The position numbers and the translations under genes were made by a program. A DNA stretch of 61,764 bases, counting the filler. It is 6 parts of 6 records of this genome, joined end to end, with 100 filler letters (N's around TTAATTAATTAA, not from the genome) between each part and the next. Parts side by side here need not be neighbours in the genome. Positions count along the whole stretch, not along the records: positions 1 to 20,488 come from SRR2962707_4981; positions 20,589 to 30,035 come from SRR2962707_4983; 4 more parts are not named here. One strand, written 5' to 3'. This document shows, in pieces, positions 10,199 to 20,774 of the stretch. The first letter of the stretch is position 1, and each line of letters begins with the position of its first letter. Below the pieces are notes generated by a model, which ran no database searches, was not told the origin of the DNA, and was given only the letters and a program-made list of their open reading frames with translations.

Positions 10199-11347
10199 AT
10201 GAAGCGACTCCTAATTATTTTATCCGTATTTCTTGGCATAACAGCCAATGCCGTTCACGCAGAGCCTTCGCTAATTCCTGCGCCACCAGAACTTGCCGCT
10301 AGCAGTTATATCCTAATGGATGCTTACACCGGCGATATCTTAGTGTCTCACAATGCGGATGAAAAACTACCGCCAGCCAGCCTGACTAAGTTAATGACGG
10401 CTTACATCACTGAGTATGAGCTAGCTCGCGGTGATATCAGTGTTGATGATAAAGTCACCATCAGTGAAAAAGCATGGCGCATGAAAGGGTCTCGTACCTT
10501 CGTTCGTGAAGGCACAAGAGTGCCATTAATGACACTGATGCAAGGCATGATTGTTCAGTCTGGTAATGATGCGACTGTCGCGATTGCAGAGCACATTGCA
10601 GGCAGTGAGTCTGCTTTTGCTGACTTGATGAACCAGCACGCTAAACTGCTTGGTATGAAAGACTCTCATTTCGTCAATGCGACGGGCTACCCAGCAGACG
10701 ATCATTACTCTAGTGCCCACGATATTGCGATCGTAGCGCGTGCGACCATTACTCAGTTCCCTGAAAATTACCCAATTTACGCGGAAAAGTACTTTACCTA
10801 TAACAACATTCGTCAGCCTAACCGCAATCGTCTGTTATGGCGTGATAAGTCCGTAGATGGTTTGAAAACAGGCCATACTGAAGCCGCTGGTTTTTGCTTG
10901 GCCGCTTCTGCCGTACGCAATGGCACGCGTTTGATTACCGTTGTCATGGGCACAAAATCAGATGAAGCTCGTGCTAGCGAATCTCAGAAATTATTGGATT
11001 ACGGTTTCCGATACTACGAAACACGCAAGCTTTATAGCCGTGGCCAAGTGGTGAACAATGCCCGTGTTTGGGGTGGTAGCCAAAATACAGTGAAAGTTGG
11101 TTTTACCGATGACGTATTGGTAACATTGCCGCGCCAAGATGCGGACTCGCTTCCTGCAAGCTTACAAATGAACCCTGAAATTGAAGCGCCAATCAAAGTA
11201 GGCGATGTGCTTGGTAAAGTGGTTGTTGGTACCGCTGGCAATGTTGTACTAGAACGCAATGTTGTTGCGCTTGAGCCTGTTGAACAAGGTGGCTTCTTTA
11301 AGCGTATATTTGATAAAATCAAACTTTTCTTCATGAATTTATTTTAG
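10199..11347 (+). CDS. dacA: D-alanyl-D-alanine carboxypeptidase (PBP5/6)
   Basis: PASLTK, SGN and KTG motifs; signal peptide; amphipathic C-terminus. Confidence 0.93.
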   Translation: MKRLLIILSVFLGITANAVHAEPSLIPAPPELAASSYILMDAYTGDILVSHNADEKLPPASLTKLMTAYITEYELARGDISVDDKVTISEKAWRMKGSRTFVREGTRVPLMTLMQGMIVQSGNDATVAIAEHIAGSESAFADLMNQHAKLLGMKDSHFVNATGYPADDHYSSAHDIAIVARATITQFPENYPIYAEKYFTYNNIRQPNRNRLLWRDKSVDGLKTGHTEAAGFCLAASAVRNGTRLITVVMGTKSDEARASESQKLLDYGFRYYETRKLYSRGQVVNNARVWGGSQNTVKVGFTDDVLVTLPRQDADSLPASLQMNPEIEAPIKVGDVLGKVVVGTAGNVVLERNVVALEPVEQGGFFKRIFDKIKLFFMNLF

Positions 11348-11371
11348 GTCTTAGGATCTAGTGGACTATCG

Positions 11372-11677
11372 ATGGCTCTGATTACAAAAGATGGCGATCA
11401 AGCTGAAAATGCAGTTGATGCGCCCAAGATTGAATTTCCATGTGACAACTATGTGATTAAAGTGGTGGCACTTGATCTTGATAACTGTCATGTGGATATT
11501 GTGAAATGCATGCAAGTGCATGCTCCAGAAATGGGCAATGAAGCGACTAATATCAATCGCTCAAGCAAGGGACGTTTTGTCAGCTACAGCTTCCGTATTT
11601 TGGCTCAGAGTGAAGAACAGCTAGCAAACTTGCATAAGGATCTTATGGCGCTTGAAGCGGTTAAGATGGTTCTATAA
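11372..11677 (+). CDS. ybeD: YbeD/DUF493 family protein
   Basis: IEFPC, SSKGRFVS, C-terminal VKMVL; position before lipB. Confidence 0.9.
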   Translation: MALITKDGDQAENAVDAPKIEFPCDNYVIKVVALDLDNCHVDIVKCMQVHAPEMGNEATNINRSSKGRFVSYSFRILAQSEEQLANLHKDLMALEAVKMVL

Positions 11678-12322
11678 ATGAATCAGGACCTTATTTGCCG
11701 TGATTTAGGCGTGATTGCCTACGAGACAACTTGGGAACGAATGAAAGAATTCACCCAAGTTCGCTCGAAAGAAGATCAAGATGAAATTTGGTTACTTGAA
11801 CATCCTTCTTTATTTACGCAAGGACAAGCGGGTAAAGAAGAGCATCTACTGGCGCCAGGAGATATTCCTGTTATTCAAGTGGATCGAGGCGGGCAGGTTA
11901 CTTACCATGGCCCAGGCCAGCTGGTAGCTTATGTACTGATTGATCTCAAACGCCTTGGAATAGGCGTAAGGGATTTGGTCAGTGTGTTAGAGAATGCCAT
12001 TGTTGAGACTCTCAAGCTCAATGATATTGAGGCGTATGCCAAGCCAGATGCCCCTGGTGTTTATGTAGATGAAAAAAAGATCGCTTCCTTGGGCTTAAGA
12101 GTTCGCCGAGGCTGTTCTTTTCATGGTTTAGCGTTGAATGTGGATATGGATTTATCCCCGTTTAATCGTATTAATCCATGTGGCTATCAAGGTCTTCAGA
12201 TGGTCGATATGGCTCGCTTGAGCAGTCAGGTCGATTTTTCTAATGTTAAAGTTCAGTTGGCGAACCAGCTTGCTGAACAGCTCGGATACAAACATCCGAC
12301 TATCCAACAAGGGTGGAAATAG
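11678..12322 (+). CDS. lipB: Octanoyltransferase
   Basis: [32 protein letters not shown]. Confidence 0.97.
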   Translation: MNQDLICRDLGVIAYETTWERMKEFTQVRSKEDQDEIWLLEHPSLFTQGQAGKEEHLLAPGDIPVIQVDRGGQVTYHGPGQLVAYVLIDLKRLGIGVRDLVSVLENAIVETLKLNDIEAYAKPDAPGVYVDEKKIASLGLRVRRGCSFHGLALNVDMDLSPFNRINPCGYQGLQMVDMARLSSQVDFSNVKVQLANQLAEQLGYKHPTIQQGWK

Positions 12323-12323
12323 A

Positions 12324-13283
12324 ATGACTGCAGAACGCAAACGCGTTGTCCAAGGCGAAAAACTTCGTGGCGCCGATAAAATGGCCCGCATCCCAGTAAA
12401 AATTGTCCCAACAGAAGAAATTCCACGCAAGCCAGATTGGCTTCGTGTGCGTATGCCTGCTTCTCCTGAAATTGCTCGTATCAAGCAGACACTGCGTGAG
12501 CATAAGCTGGCCTCTGTATGTGAAGAAGCGAACTGCCCTAATTTAGGGGAATGTTTCAGTAATGGTACGGCGACTTTCATGATCATGGGCGAAATTTGTA
12601 CGCGCCGTTGTCCTTTTTGTGATGTTGCTCACGGTCGTCCGAATGCATTAAGCCCGAATGAGCCAAAAGAGCTTGCGGCGGCCATTCGTGACATGAAATT
12701 AAAATACGTGGTGATTACCTCCGTTGACCGTGATGATCTACGAGATGGCGGTGCGCAGCACTTTGTTGATTGTATCAATGAAACTCGTGCTTTGAGCCCT
12801 AACATTGAAATCGAGACTTTGGTGCCGGATTTCCGTGGGCGCATGGAAACATCGTTGGACATCTTGCAGCTTGCACCACCAGATGTGTTTAATCACAATT
12901 TAGAATCCATTCCTCGCCTTTACCGTCAAGTGCGTCCAGGTTCTGATTACCAATGGTCTCTTGATTTGCTCAAGAACTTTAAAGATCGTTGCCCAGAAGT
13001 ACCAACCAAATCAGGTTTGATGGTGGGCTTAGGCGAGACGTTTGAAGAAATCGTTGAAGTGTTAAAAGATCTGCGTGCTCATAACGTGGATATGTTGACG
13101 ATTGGTCAATACTTGCAACCTTCAAAACACCATTTCCCAATGGCGCGATTTGTACCGCCTGAAGAATTTGCGCGTTATGAAGAAGTGGCAAAAGAACTTG
13201 GCTTTAAGCATGCTGCTTGTGGTCCATTAGTACGTTCTTCTTACCACGCTGATAAGCAAGCTCACGGCGAACGCGTTTCTTAA
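12324..13283 (+). CDS. lipA: Lipoyl synthase (start moved to MTAERK)
   Basis: [12 protein letters not shown] and CTRRCPFC clusters; RSSYHA. Confidence 0.97.
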   Translation: MTAERKRVVQGEKLRGADKMARIPVKIVPTEEIPRKPDWLRVRMPASPEIARIKQTLREHKLASVCEEANCPNLGECFSNGTATFMIMGEICTRRCPFCDVAHGRPNALSPNEPKELAAAIRDMKLKYVVITSVDRDDLRDGGAQHFVDCINETRALSPNIEIETLVPDFRGRMETSLDILQLAPPDVFNHNLESIPRLYRQVRPGSDYQWSLDLLKNFKDRCPEVPTKSGLMVGLGETFEEIVEVLKDLRAHNVDMLTIGQYLQPSKHHFPMARFVPPEEFARYEEVAKELGFKHAACGPLVRSSYHADKQAHGERVS

Positions 13284-13306
13284 GCTATTATTACAGTACT
13301 GAAAAG

Positions 13307-13344
13307 AGCGGAGTTGAGGGAGTCCCCCTTAGCCCCGCTTTTTT
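13307..13344 (+). terminator. Terminator after lipA
   Basis: AGCGGAGTTGAGGG...CCCTTAGCCCCGCT followed by a T-run. Confidence 0.8.
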
Positions 13345-13453
13345 ATTATCTCATGACAACAATCTAAATAAGGGCAAGTGCGGTTGAGGCTCTGATTTCA
13401 TATCACTCAGCGGGATTTGTTTTGATGTATTTATTTGAATTTTAGGAGGCAAT

Positions 13454-15349
13454 ATGAAGCCTTGGTCAGTGAAAGATTCTGTTGAACTTTATAATGTCAC
13501 TCACTGGAGTGCTGGTTTTTTCTCTATTAACGATCAAGGTCGTGCCATTGCGCTGCCAGACAGAGAAAATAGCATAGATTTGACTGAACTCTCGAAAGCC
13601 CTGAAAGAGCAGGGTATTCCTTATCCTTGTTTAGTGCGCTTTCCTAATATTCTGCATTCAAGAATCGAAAAGATCACGGAATCATTCTGCCAAGCCATCG
13701 AGCATTATGATTATAAAGCGAACTATTCGATTGTTTATCCGATTAAGGTGAACCAGCAGCGCCGAGTCGTAGAAGAGATAGCGGGTTGCCAACCTGACAA
13801 TCCGTCGACGGTAGGGTTAGAAGCCGGCAGTAAGCCTGAATTGATGGCGGTGCTTGCGATGCACCAAAACCCTAACGGCATTATTGTCTGCAATGGTTAT
13901 AAAGACCGTGAGTTTATTCACTTGGCGTTAATGGCTGAAAAAATGGGTCACCAAGTGTTTATTGTGGTTGAAAAGCTGCATGAGCTGGATCTTATTTTAG
14001 ACGAAGCGAAGAAAATAGGCGTTAAGCCTCGTATTGGCATTCGTATTCGTTTGGCGTCGACGAGCTCAACGCATTGGAGTAACAGTGGTGGTGAAAAGTC
14101 CAAATTTGGTTTGACCACCTCGCAACTGTTGCGTGCGGTTGATCGTTTGCGTGATTTAGACATGCTGGATTGCCTTGAGTTGATTCATTTCCATCTCGGC
14201 TCTCAAATCACCAAAATCCGTGATATTCAGAACAGTCTGAAAGAGTGCGCACGTTATTATTCTGAGTTGCATCAAATGGGTGTGCCTGTGAAGTGGGTGG
14301 ACGTTGGCGGCGGACTGGGTGTGGATTACGAAGGAACGCGCTCACAAAGTGCCTATTCTGCCAACTACAGCATTAGCGAGTATGCGAATAACGTGGTGTT
14401 TGCTTTTCATAATGTGTGTGACCAATACAACTTGCCTCATCCAAACCTGATTTCAGAATCCGGTCGTGCGGTCACGGCGCACCATGCCATGATGATTGCG
14501 GATGTGTTTTCTCACGGCGCGGAATTGCTGCCGATTGAAGCACCAGATGCAGACAGCGTGTTAGAAATACAGCGCCTTTGGGACTGTTACCAAAGTTTAA
14601 AAAATAACGAAGAAAGCGATACTCGATCACTGGTCGAAATTTATCATGATTTGTTAGATGACTTTAATGACAGCCTGACTCTTTATAATCACGGCCAGCT
14701 GAATCTTGAACAGCGCGCTCAAGCCGAAAACCTTTTTGTCGTGGCGTGTCGTAACTTGTTGCCAAAATTAGACAACCGCAACCGTGGGCATCGTCCGGTG
14801 ATCGATGAGCTGAATGAACGTTTGGCGGAAAAGCTGTTTGTTAATTTGTCCGTGTTTCAATCCATGCCAGATGCGTGGGGGATTGATCAGTTGTTCCCTG
14901 TATTGCCCTTGCAAGGATTGGATCAAGCGCCGTCTTTTAGAGGCAAAATACAAGACGTTACGTGTGACTCAGATGGTTGTTTGTATCGTTATGTGGATGG
15001 CCAGGGGATTGAGTCTTCTTTGCCGTTGCCGCCGCCTCCGATCAATGAAGACTATCTAATGGGGTTTTTCTTAGTTGGGGCTTACCAAGAAACCTTAGGT
15101 GACTTACATAACCTTTTCGGTGACACTAGCTCTGTGGACGTTTATCTGACGGAAGATGGCTTTAGAATTGACCATGTGTTGATGGGGGACAGTGTTCAGG
15201 ACGTACTTAAGTACGTAAGCTATGATGAACAAGCCTTGTTAAAACGCTATCAAGAGAAAGTCTCTGCAAGTGATCTAGATGGCCAGGAACAGGCAAAGCT
15301 AATTGATACCTATCAAAAAGTATTGCGAGGTTCTACTTACTTATCTTAA
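13454..15349 (+). CDS. speA: Biosynthetic arginine decarboxylase
   Basis: YPIKVNQ (PLP Lys), GLEAGSKPEL, HFHLGSQI, DVGGGLGVDY, TCDSDG, GAYQE..GDLHNLFG; AGGAGG RBS. Confidence 0.97.
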   Translation: MKPWSVKDSVELYNVTHWSAGFFSINDQGRAIALPDRENSIDLTELSKALKEQGIPYPCLVRFPNILHSRIEKITESFCQAIEHYDYKANYSIVYPIKVNQQRRVVEEIAGCQPDNPSTVGLEAGSKPELMAVLAMHQNPNGIIVCNGYKDREFIHLALMAEKMGHQVFIVVEKLHELDLILDEAKKIGVKPRIGIRIRLASTSSTHWSNSGGEKSKFGLTTSQLLRAVDRLRDLDMLDCLELIHFHLGSQITKIRDIQNSLKECARYYSELHQMGVPVKWVDVGGGLGVDYEGTRSQSAYSANYSISEYANNVVFAFHNVCDQYNLPHPNLISESGRAVTAHHAMMIADVFSHGAELLPIEAPDADSVLEIQRLWDCYQSLKNNEESDTRSLVEIYHDLLDDFNDSLTLYNHGQLNLEQRAQAENLFVVACRNLLPKLDNRNRGHRPVIDELNERLAEKLFVNLSVFQSMPDAWGIDQLFPVLPLQGLDQAPSFRGKIQDVTCDSDGCLYRYVDGQGIESSLPLPPPPINEDYLMGFFLVGAYQETLGDLHNLFGDTSSVDVYLTEDGFRIDHVLMGDSVQDVLKYVSYDEQALLKRYQEKVSASDLDGQEQAKLIDTYQKVLRGSTYLS

Positions 15350-15359
15350 GCGCTGATAT

Positions 15360-15394
15360 TCAGGCTAAGGCACTGTGTTTAGGTCTTAGCCTGA
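15360..15394 (+). terminator. Hairpin downstream of speA
   Basis: TCAGGCTAAG...CTTAGCCTGA 10-bp inverted repeat with a weak U-tail. Confidence 0.5.
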
Positions 15395-15545
15395 TGTTGT
15401 TATGGTGCTTGATGAGGATGTTTTCTTTGGGTCAAAGTGTGTTTTCCCCTTGTTTTAAGATCGGCAGATTCATGCTTAAGCTGGCTTCGTATAAAAAACA
15501 GTAAGAGTGTCATTTTTAAGAACCGTTTCATTAACTAGGATGATT

Positions 15546-16430
15546 ATGACGACGCCTTCTCAACCCAGTATGCCTTGTTATGCTGTGATACTGTCGAGCA
15601 GTGTTATGCTTGAGAATATGACTTATCGGATTATGATCGATAAGTTGATTGATTTGGCCAAAGAGCAAGCCGGATTCATTGCCGCAGAATGCTCGTTAGG
15701 CGAAACCGATTTACTATTAACTTATTGGCAAGATCGCGACACGGCTGAGCATTGGTTGAACAATACAATATTGAGACGAACGCTGTCTTTGGCTGAGCAA
15801 TTTTGGTTTGATTCGTATCACTTACGATTGGTTGAGGTTGTCGAAAGTCACTCATTTCAACAGACGAATTTACCGGATCATTCATCACGTTTTCCCCGTA
15901 TCCAAACCGCACGAGGCGTTCTTAAAATATTAGATGAGTCAGAAGTAGACTTGTTGAAAGCCTACGTAATAGAGGAAAAAGAGTTCCTTGCTCCTTGGGA
16001 ACCATTGCGCACAGACGCTTATTACTCTACCGCTTTATGCAAACTGCGAATCCGTGAAATGCGCCGAGATTTCCTTGAAGATCAAGGTGTTGCCTTTTGT
16101 TTCTTATCCCCTGATGAGCGCCGTATGTTGGGTTACGCGAATTATTCGAATCTGGTCAGAGGGGTCTCTCAGTCTTGTCACCTTGGTTACAGCTTACGAG
16201 AGTCTGAGCAGGGCAAAGGACTGATGCATGAATTCTTAAGCGCCGGTAATGAATACCTTCGAAAAGAGTGTCGTATTGATCGAATTCAGGCGAATTACAT
16301 GCCTAGAAATGCACGCAGTGCTGCGGTGCTGGAGAAATTAAATTTTGTTAAAGAAGGCTACGCTAAACATTATCTGAAAATAAATGGCCAGTGGGAGGAT
16401 CACGTGCTCACCGCCTTGGTGATGCGCTAG
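15546..16430 (+). CDS. RimJ-like GNAT N-acetyltransferase with an N-terminal ABM/HmoA-like domain
   Basis: C-terminal part has FLAPWEP, NLVRGVSQSCHLGYSL, QGKGLM, IQANYMPRNARS, YLKINGQWEDHVLTAL (RimJ); N-terminal YAVILSS...LAKEQAGF...TYWQ...WFDSYHLRLVEV follows the ABM pattern; AGGA precedes the ATG at 15546. Confidence 0.8.
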   Translation: MTTPSQPSMPCYAVILSSSVMLENMTYRIMIDKLIDLAKEQAGFIAAECSLGETDLLLTYWQDRDTAEHWLNNTILRRTLSLAEQFWFDSYHLRLVEVVESHSFQQTNLPDHSSRFPRIQTARGVLKILDESEVDLLKAYVIEEKEFLAPWEPLRTDAYYSTALCKLRIREMRRDFLEDQGVAFCFLSPDERRMLGYANYSNLVRGVSQSCHLGYSLRESEQGKGLMHEFLSAGNEYLRKECRIDRIQANYMPRNARSAAVLEKLNFVKEGYAKHYLKINGQWEDHVLTALVMR

Positions 16431-16441
16431 TGTCGCGGCAC

Positions 16442-17137
16442 TTACAGAGCGAGTACGCGGCCTTTTTCTGGGTAAGGGGTAGTGATGCTCAGTACGGTAA
16501 TGCTTTTGTTGTTAGGGTTGAACACGGCTTTGCGTGTCATCTTTGGCAGGTACTGTCCAATATCAGGGCAGTATTTGAACGCCTGTTTATTGATTGATAA
16601 GGCCATTTTTCCGTCTAAGCAGAGTAGGTATTGGTCAGTGTGCTTATGATAGTAAGGGGTTTCTTTATAGTGTGCTGGATAGCTATGAATGGCGATAACC
16701 CCTTCTTCTCCTTGATACAGAGGCCATATGGTGACACCACTTTTTTCCACAATACTGGTGATGTTGCCGGATGATACCTTATTGAATTGAGTGACTTTCT
16801 CGGTTTGTTTCGGGTAAGTGGAAAAGGTAACAATACAGAGTCGGACTTCTGGTGATAACAAGGTTGCTACTGTGATTGCAGTACTGGGCAGCCAGCTGCC
16901 TTGGTTCTTTTTAAGGTGTATCTCATTGTGTTGGCTTTTTAGAAAGAGCTCGCCAGATAAAATAAACAGGAAGCACTTGTCGGTGGCTTGGTAGAAGCGG
17001 CTGGGTGTTGAGTCTTGTAACAAATGCTCGTGACGAATGCCTATGTTGTCTTCCCTGTGAATAATAGAAGAGCAACCGCCTTTACCAAGCTCGTGCTGAA
17101 TAGGGTAAGGCGAAAAGCTGGAGTGGTGCTTATTCAT
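16442..17137 (-). CDS. Tandem (double) cupin-like protein
   Basis: Two cupin-like segments, FYQATDKCFLFILSGEL and PYYHKHTDQYLLCLDGKM; ATG at 17137 preceded by AGGGA. Confidence 0.6.
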   Translation of the reverse strand: MNKHHSSFSPYPIQHELGKGGCSSIIHREDNIGIRHEHLLQDSTPSRFYQATDKCFLFILSGELFLKSQHNEIHLKKNQGSWLPSTAITVATLLSPEVRLCIVTFSTYPKQTEKVTQFNKVSSGNITSIVEKSGVTIWPLYQGEEGVIAIHSYPAHYKETPYYHKHTDQYLLCLDGKMALSINKQAFKYCPDIGQYLPKMTRKAVFNPNNKSITVLSITTPYPEKGRVLAL

Positions 17138-17314
17138 ATAGATCCCTTTGCAATAACGCAATATATGGATGAGATAGTCATCTACCTTAGATAAACTTCC
17201 AAGCTAAGGTTGCAGGCCATAACGATGTTTCTTTATAGTACGGGCAAACTATTTTTTCAATTATTGGTGTGCTACTAACGACACACTGAAAAACGCTGTA
17301 GAAGGAAATTCTCC

Positions 17315-19627
17315 TTGAGTGAGTTGTCAAATTTCGAGTCGAATGAAACACTTTCATTAAAAGACTATACAGAAAAAGCGTACTTAAACTACTCAATGTA
17401 CGTGATTTTGGATCGTGCCTTACCGCATATTGGCGATGGGCTAAAACCGGTACAACGTCGTATAGTGTATGCGATGAGCGAGTTAGGTTTAAAGGCGTCT
17501 GCTAAGTACAAAAAATCCGCTCGAACTGTGGGCGATGTGTTAGGTAAATTTCACCCCCATGGCGACAGCGCGTGTTATGAAGCCATGGTGTTAATGGCGC
17601 AACCGTTTTCCTACCGTTACCCTTTGGTCGATGGACAAGGAAACTGGGGGGCACCTGATGACCCTAAATCGTTTGCTGCCATGCGTTATACCGAATCGCG
17701 ATTGTCTAAATACGCCGATGTGTTATTGCGTGAAGTGAGCCAAGGTACCGTCGATTGGGTACCTAACTTTGATGGCACCTTGCAGGAACCGTCGGTGTTG
17801 CCTGCGCGTCTCCCCAATTTATTGCTCAACGGTACCACGGGGATCGCGGTGGGGATGGCGACCGACATTCCTCCTCATAACTTACGAGAAGTGGGTGAGG
17901 CGTGCATTCATTTATTGAATCACCCAAAAGCAGAATTGGATGATCTTCTTGGTTTTATTCAAGGGCCTGATTTCCCAACAGGGGGCGAGATAGTCACACC
18001 CCGTAGCGACATTCGTAAACTCTATGAAACCGGAAAAGGGCAAATTAAAGCGCGTGCCCGCTACGAGATAGAAGAGGGCGAGATTGTTGTTCATGAATTG
18101 CCTCACCAGGTGTCTGGTAGCAAGATTCTTGAGCAAATTGCCGCTCAAATGCAGGATAAAAACCCCGCTAAAAAACTGTCGATGGTGGTGGATTTACGAG
18201 ATGAATCTGATCATGAGAATCCGACGCGCTTGGTCATAGTGCCCAAGTCTAACCGGGTTAATATTGACTCTGTGATGACGCATCTTTTTGCGACAACCGA
18301 TTTAGAAAAATCCTATCGCGTTAATATGAATGTGATTGGTTTGGATGGTTTGCCACAAGTTAAACCGCTGAAAAACTTTTTGTCAGAATGGCTGCGTTTC
18401 CGTATTGATGTGGTGCGTCGTCGCTTGCAGTTCCGCTTAGATAAAGTAAATAGTCGACTGCATATTTTGGCGGGTTTGTTGGTCGCCTTTCTGAATATCG
18501 ATGAAGTGATCGATATCATCCGTACTGAAGAAAAGCCCAAAGTTGAGTTGATGGCGCGTTTTGGCCTCACTGACATTCAAGCTGAAGCCATCTTAGAGTT
18601 GAAATTGCGTCATTTGGCGAAGCTTGAAGAAGTGCGTATTAAAGCGGAGCAAGATGAGCTTGAAAAAGAGCGCTTGCAACTAGAAAGCTTGCTGTCTTCT
18701 GATAGCAAATTGAAGAAGCTTATTTCAAAAGAAATTCGTGAAGCCATTGATGCGTTTGGTGACGATCGTCGAACCCCAATTGTGGAGCGTAAGGAAGCGC
18801 AAGCGTTCAATGAAGAAGACCTACTGTCCAATGACCCTATTACTGTGGTTATTTCTAAGCAAGGCTGGATTCGTGCCGGTAAAGGGCATGACCTTGACGT
18901 AGAAGGGCTTAGCTACAAATCAGGCGACGGTTACTTGGTCAGCGCCAAAGGGCGCTCAAATCAGACGTTGGTGTTGTTAGCATCGAATGGGCGTACCTAT
19001 TCTATGAAGGCGCACACCTTGCCGTCTGCACGCGGACAGGGCGAGCCCATCACGGGGCGCATCAGCCTTGAGAAAGGCGTCACTATTGTCGCAGCGGTAT
19101 TAGACAGCGAAGAGGCCCATTACCTTATTGCAAGTGATGCAGGCTACGGTTTTGTGGCACAGCTAAAAGACCTTTATGCGAAAAACAAAGCGGGTAAAGC
19201 CACATTGACCTTGCCAAAAGGCGCGCAGGTTATGGCGCCTGTGTTGGTTGAAAATCCGCAATCAGGGCGCGTGGTGGTGATCTCCAATGAAGGTCGCATG
19301 CTGGTGTTTGATGTCGCTTCTTTGCCACAAATGGCGAAAGGCAAAGGGAATAAAATGTTGAGCATTCCGAGTGCGCGTGCCGCAGAGCGAGAAGAGTTGC
19401 TTGTCTCCATGGCGTGTGTGTTGCCTAACGACCTGTTGATGGCGTACGCAGGCAAGCGCTTTATCTCCTTTACGGAAAAAGATCTACAGGATTACATCGG
19501 TGAGCGTGGACGTCGTGGTTTGAAATTGCCAAGAGGCTTCCAGCGCATTGATACCCTCGACGTTAAAGTGGGTGAAGGTAAGCCAAATAAAGGCGACAGT
19601 GGCGTAGAAGACGTGGCTGAAAAATAG
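17315..19627 (+). CDS. parC: DNA topoisomerase IV subunit A
   Basis: [35 protein letters not shown]; ParC-type C-terminus. Confidence 0.97.
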   Translation: MSELSNFESNETLSLKDYTEKAYLNYSMYVILDRALPHIGDGLKPVQRRIVYAMSELGLKASAKYKKSARTVGDVLGKFHPHGDSACYEAMVLMAQPFSYRYPLVDGQGNWGAPDDPKSFAAMRYTESRLSKYADVLLREVSQGTVDWVPNFDGTLQEPSVLPARLPNLLLNGTTGIAVGMATDIPPHNLREVGEACIHLLNHPKAELDDLLGFIQGPDFPTGGEIVTPRSDIRKLYETGKGQIKARARYEIEEGEIVVHELPHQVSGSKILEQIAAQMQDKNPAKKLSMVVDLRDESDHENPTRLVIVPKSNRVNIDSVMTHLFATTDLEKSYRVNMNVIGLDGLPQVKPLKNFLSEWLRFRIDVVRRRLQFRLDKVNSRLHILAGLLVAFLNIDEVIDIIRTEEKPKVELMARFGLTDIQAEAILELKLRHLAKLEEVRIKAEQDELEKERLQLESLLSSDSKLKKLISKEIREAIDAFGDDRRTPIVERKEAQAFNEEDLLSNDPITVVISKQGWIRAGKGHDLDVEGLSYKSGDGYLVSAKGRSNQTLVLLASNGRTYSMKAHTLPSARGQGEPITGRISLEKGVTIVAAVLDSEEAHYLIASDAGYGFVAQLKDLYAKNKAGKATLTLPKGAQVMAPVLVENPQSGRVVVISNEGRMLVFDVASLPQMAKGKGNKMLSIPSARAAEREELLVSMACVLPNDLLMAYAGKRFISFTEKDLQDYIGERGRRGLKLPRGFQRIDTLDVKVGEGKPNKGDSGVEDVAEK

Positions 19628-19648
19628 CAAAATTGAACTAGAGTAAAG

Positions 19649-19676
19649 ATGAGCTGGTGTGGTTACGCCAGCTCAT
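19649..19676 (+). terminator. Hairpin between parC and bfr
   Basis: ATGAGCTGGTGT-GGTT-ACGCCAGCTCAT; no U-tail. Confidence 0.45.
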
Positions 19677-19745
19677 GAGTTGGGCGCTAAGCATTAAACG
19701 AAAAGCATTAAACGGACATCCCTGATAGGAATGAGGAAGAGTGAA

Positions 19746-20219
19746 ATGAAAGGTAGCAAAAAGGTAATTGATGGCTTGAATAAGCTATTAGCAAACGAAC
19801 TGGCGGCCATTGACCAGTATTTTATTCATTCACGTATGTATGATGATTGGGGCATGGATAAGCTCTACGAGCGATTAAATCATGAGATGGAAGAAGAAAC
19901 TCAGCATTCAGATTGGTTGATCAAACGAATTTTGTTTCTTGAAGGCGTGCCATGCATGACGAAGCGACGTGATTTGTTGGTTGGCTCTGATGTGCGTTCT
20001 GCCATGGCCAATGACCTGACTCTAGAGCTTGAAGTGGTTGCTTGTGTGCGTGAAGCGATCGCCTTGTGTGAAGAGGAAAAGGATTATCAAACACGCGAAA
20101 TGCTAGAAAAACTCTTGTTTGATACCGAAGAAGATCATGTCTACTGGCTAGAGCAACAGCTTGGCTTGATGGACAAAATTGGTATGCAGAACTATATCCA
20201 GTCACAAATGGGCAAATAA
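19746..20219 (+). CDS. bfr: Bacterioferritin, ferroxidase-type subunit lacking heme Met52 (BfrA/FtnA-like)
   Basis: MKG start; E18, Y25, E51 and H54 present; T at position 52; RILFLEG; EEDH. Confidence 0.93.
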   Translation: MKGSKKVIDGLNKLLANELAAIDQYFIHSRMYDDWGMDKLYERLNHEMEEETQHSDWLIKRILFLEGVPCMTKRRDLLVGSDVRSAMANDLTLELEVVACVREAIALCEEEKDYQTREMLEKLLFDTEEDHVYWLEQQLGLMDKIGMQNYIQSQMGK

Positions 20220-20230
20220 GGGAGCATTTT

Positions 20231-20488
20231 ATGAAAGGTGATCGCGAAGTACTAGCGAGCTTGAACAAGGTGTTGGCCAATGAGCTTGTGGGCATTAACC
20301 AGTACTTTTTGCATGCTCGCATGTTTAAAGATTTTGGTTTTAGTGCTCTGGATAAAGCAGACTATAAAACGTCTATTCAGAAAATGAAAAATGCCGATCG
20401 ATTGATTGAGCGAATTTTGTTTCTGGAAGGCTTGCCGAATCTTCAGGATTTAGGTCGGTTACGCATTGGCGAAAACAGCGAAGAGATG
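20231..20488 (+). CDS. bfr: Bacterioferritin, heme-binding subunit (3'-truncated)
   Basis: [16 protein letters not shown]52 present, K51/N54, [12 protein letters not shown]; cut by the contig end. Confidence 0.92.
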
Positions 20489-20588
20489 NNNNNNNNNNNN
20501 NNNNNNNNNNNNNNNNNNNNNNNNNNNNNNNNTTAATTAATTAANNNNNNNNNNNNNNNNNNNNNNNNNNNNNNNNNNNNNNNNNNNN
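20489..20588. other. Artificial contig linker
   Basis: N-run, TTAATTAATTAA (stops in all six frames), N-run; 100 nt. Confidence 0.99.
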
Positions 20589-20640
20589 TGTTGTTGTTGT
20601 TGTTGTTGTTGTTGGTGTCGGTGGTGGTGGTGTTGTTGTT
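20589..20640. repeat. (GTT)n/(GGT)n microsatellite at the contig end
   Basis: TGTTGTTGTT... directly visible. Confidence 0.9.
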
Positions 20641-20774
20641 TTCCGTTCGTTTCTTCTTGTTTTCCTTGGTATCAGCCAGTATTGTCGCCTTGTGTAGCGC
20701 CCATTGGCTGACACGACGCATTCACGCTGTTTGGGATGGTTGCTGACGACATCCACGCTCGGCTTGATTGGCAG

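Noticed and set aside
2355..13283. proA without proB heading a cell-wall and lipoate cluster
   Set aside because: This gene order is a well-known conserved arrangement in Pseudomonas-like gammaproteobacteria
13380..13414. Possible structured leader or riboswitch upstream of speA (TGAG..TGAT-TTCAT-ATCA-CTCA)
   Set aside because: Only a short bulged hairpin; it matches no RNA motif I can recognise
20533..20544. TTAATTAATTAA recurring five times as a possible repeat element or TTAA transposon target
   Set aside because: Always centred in identical N padding; it is a synthetic six-frame-stop linker
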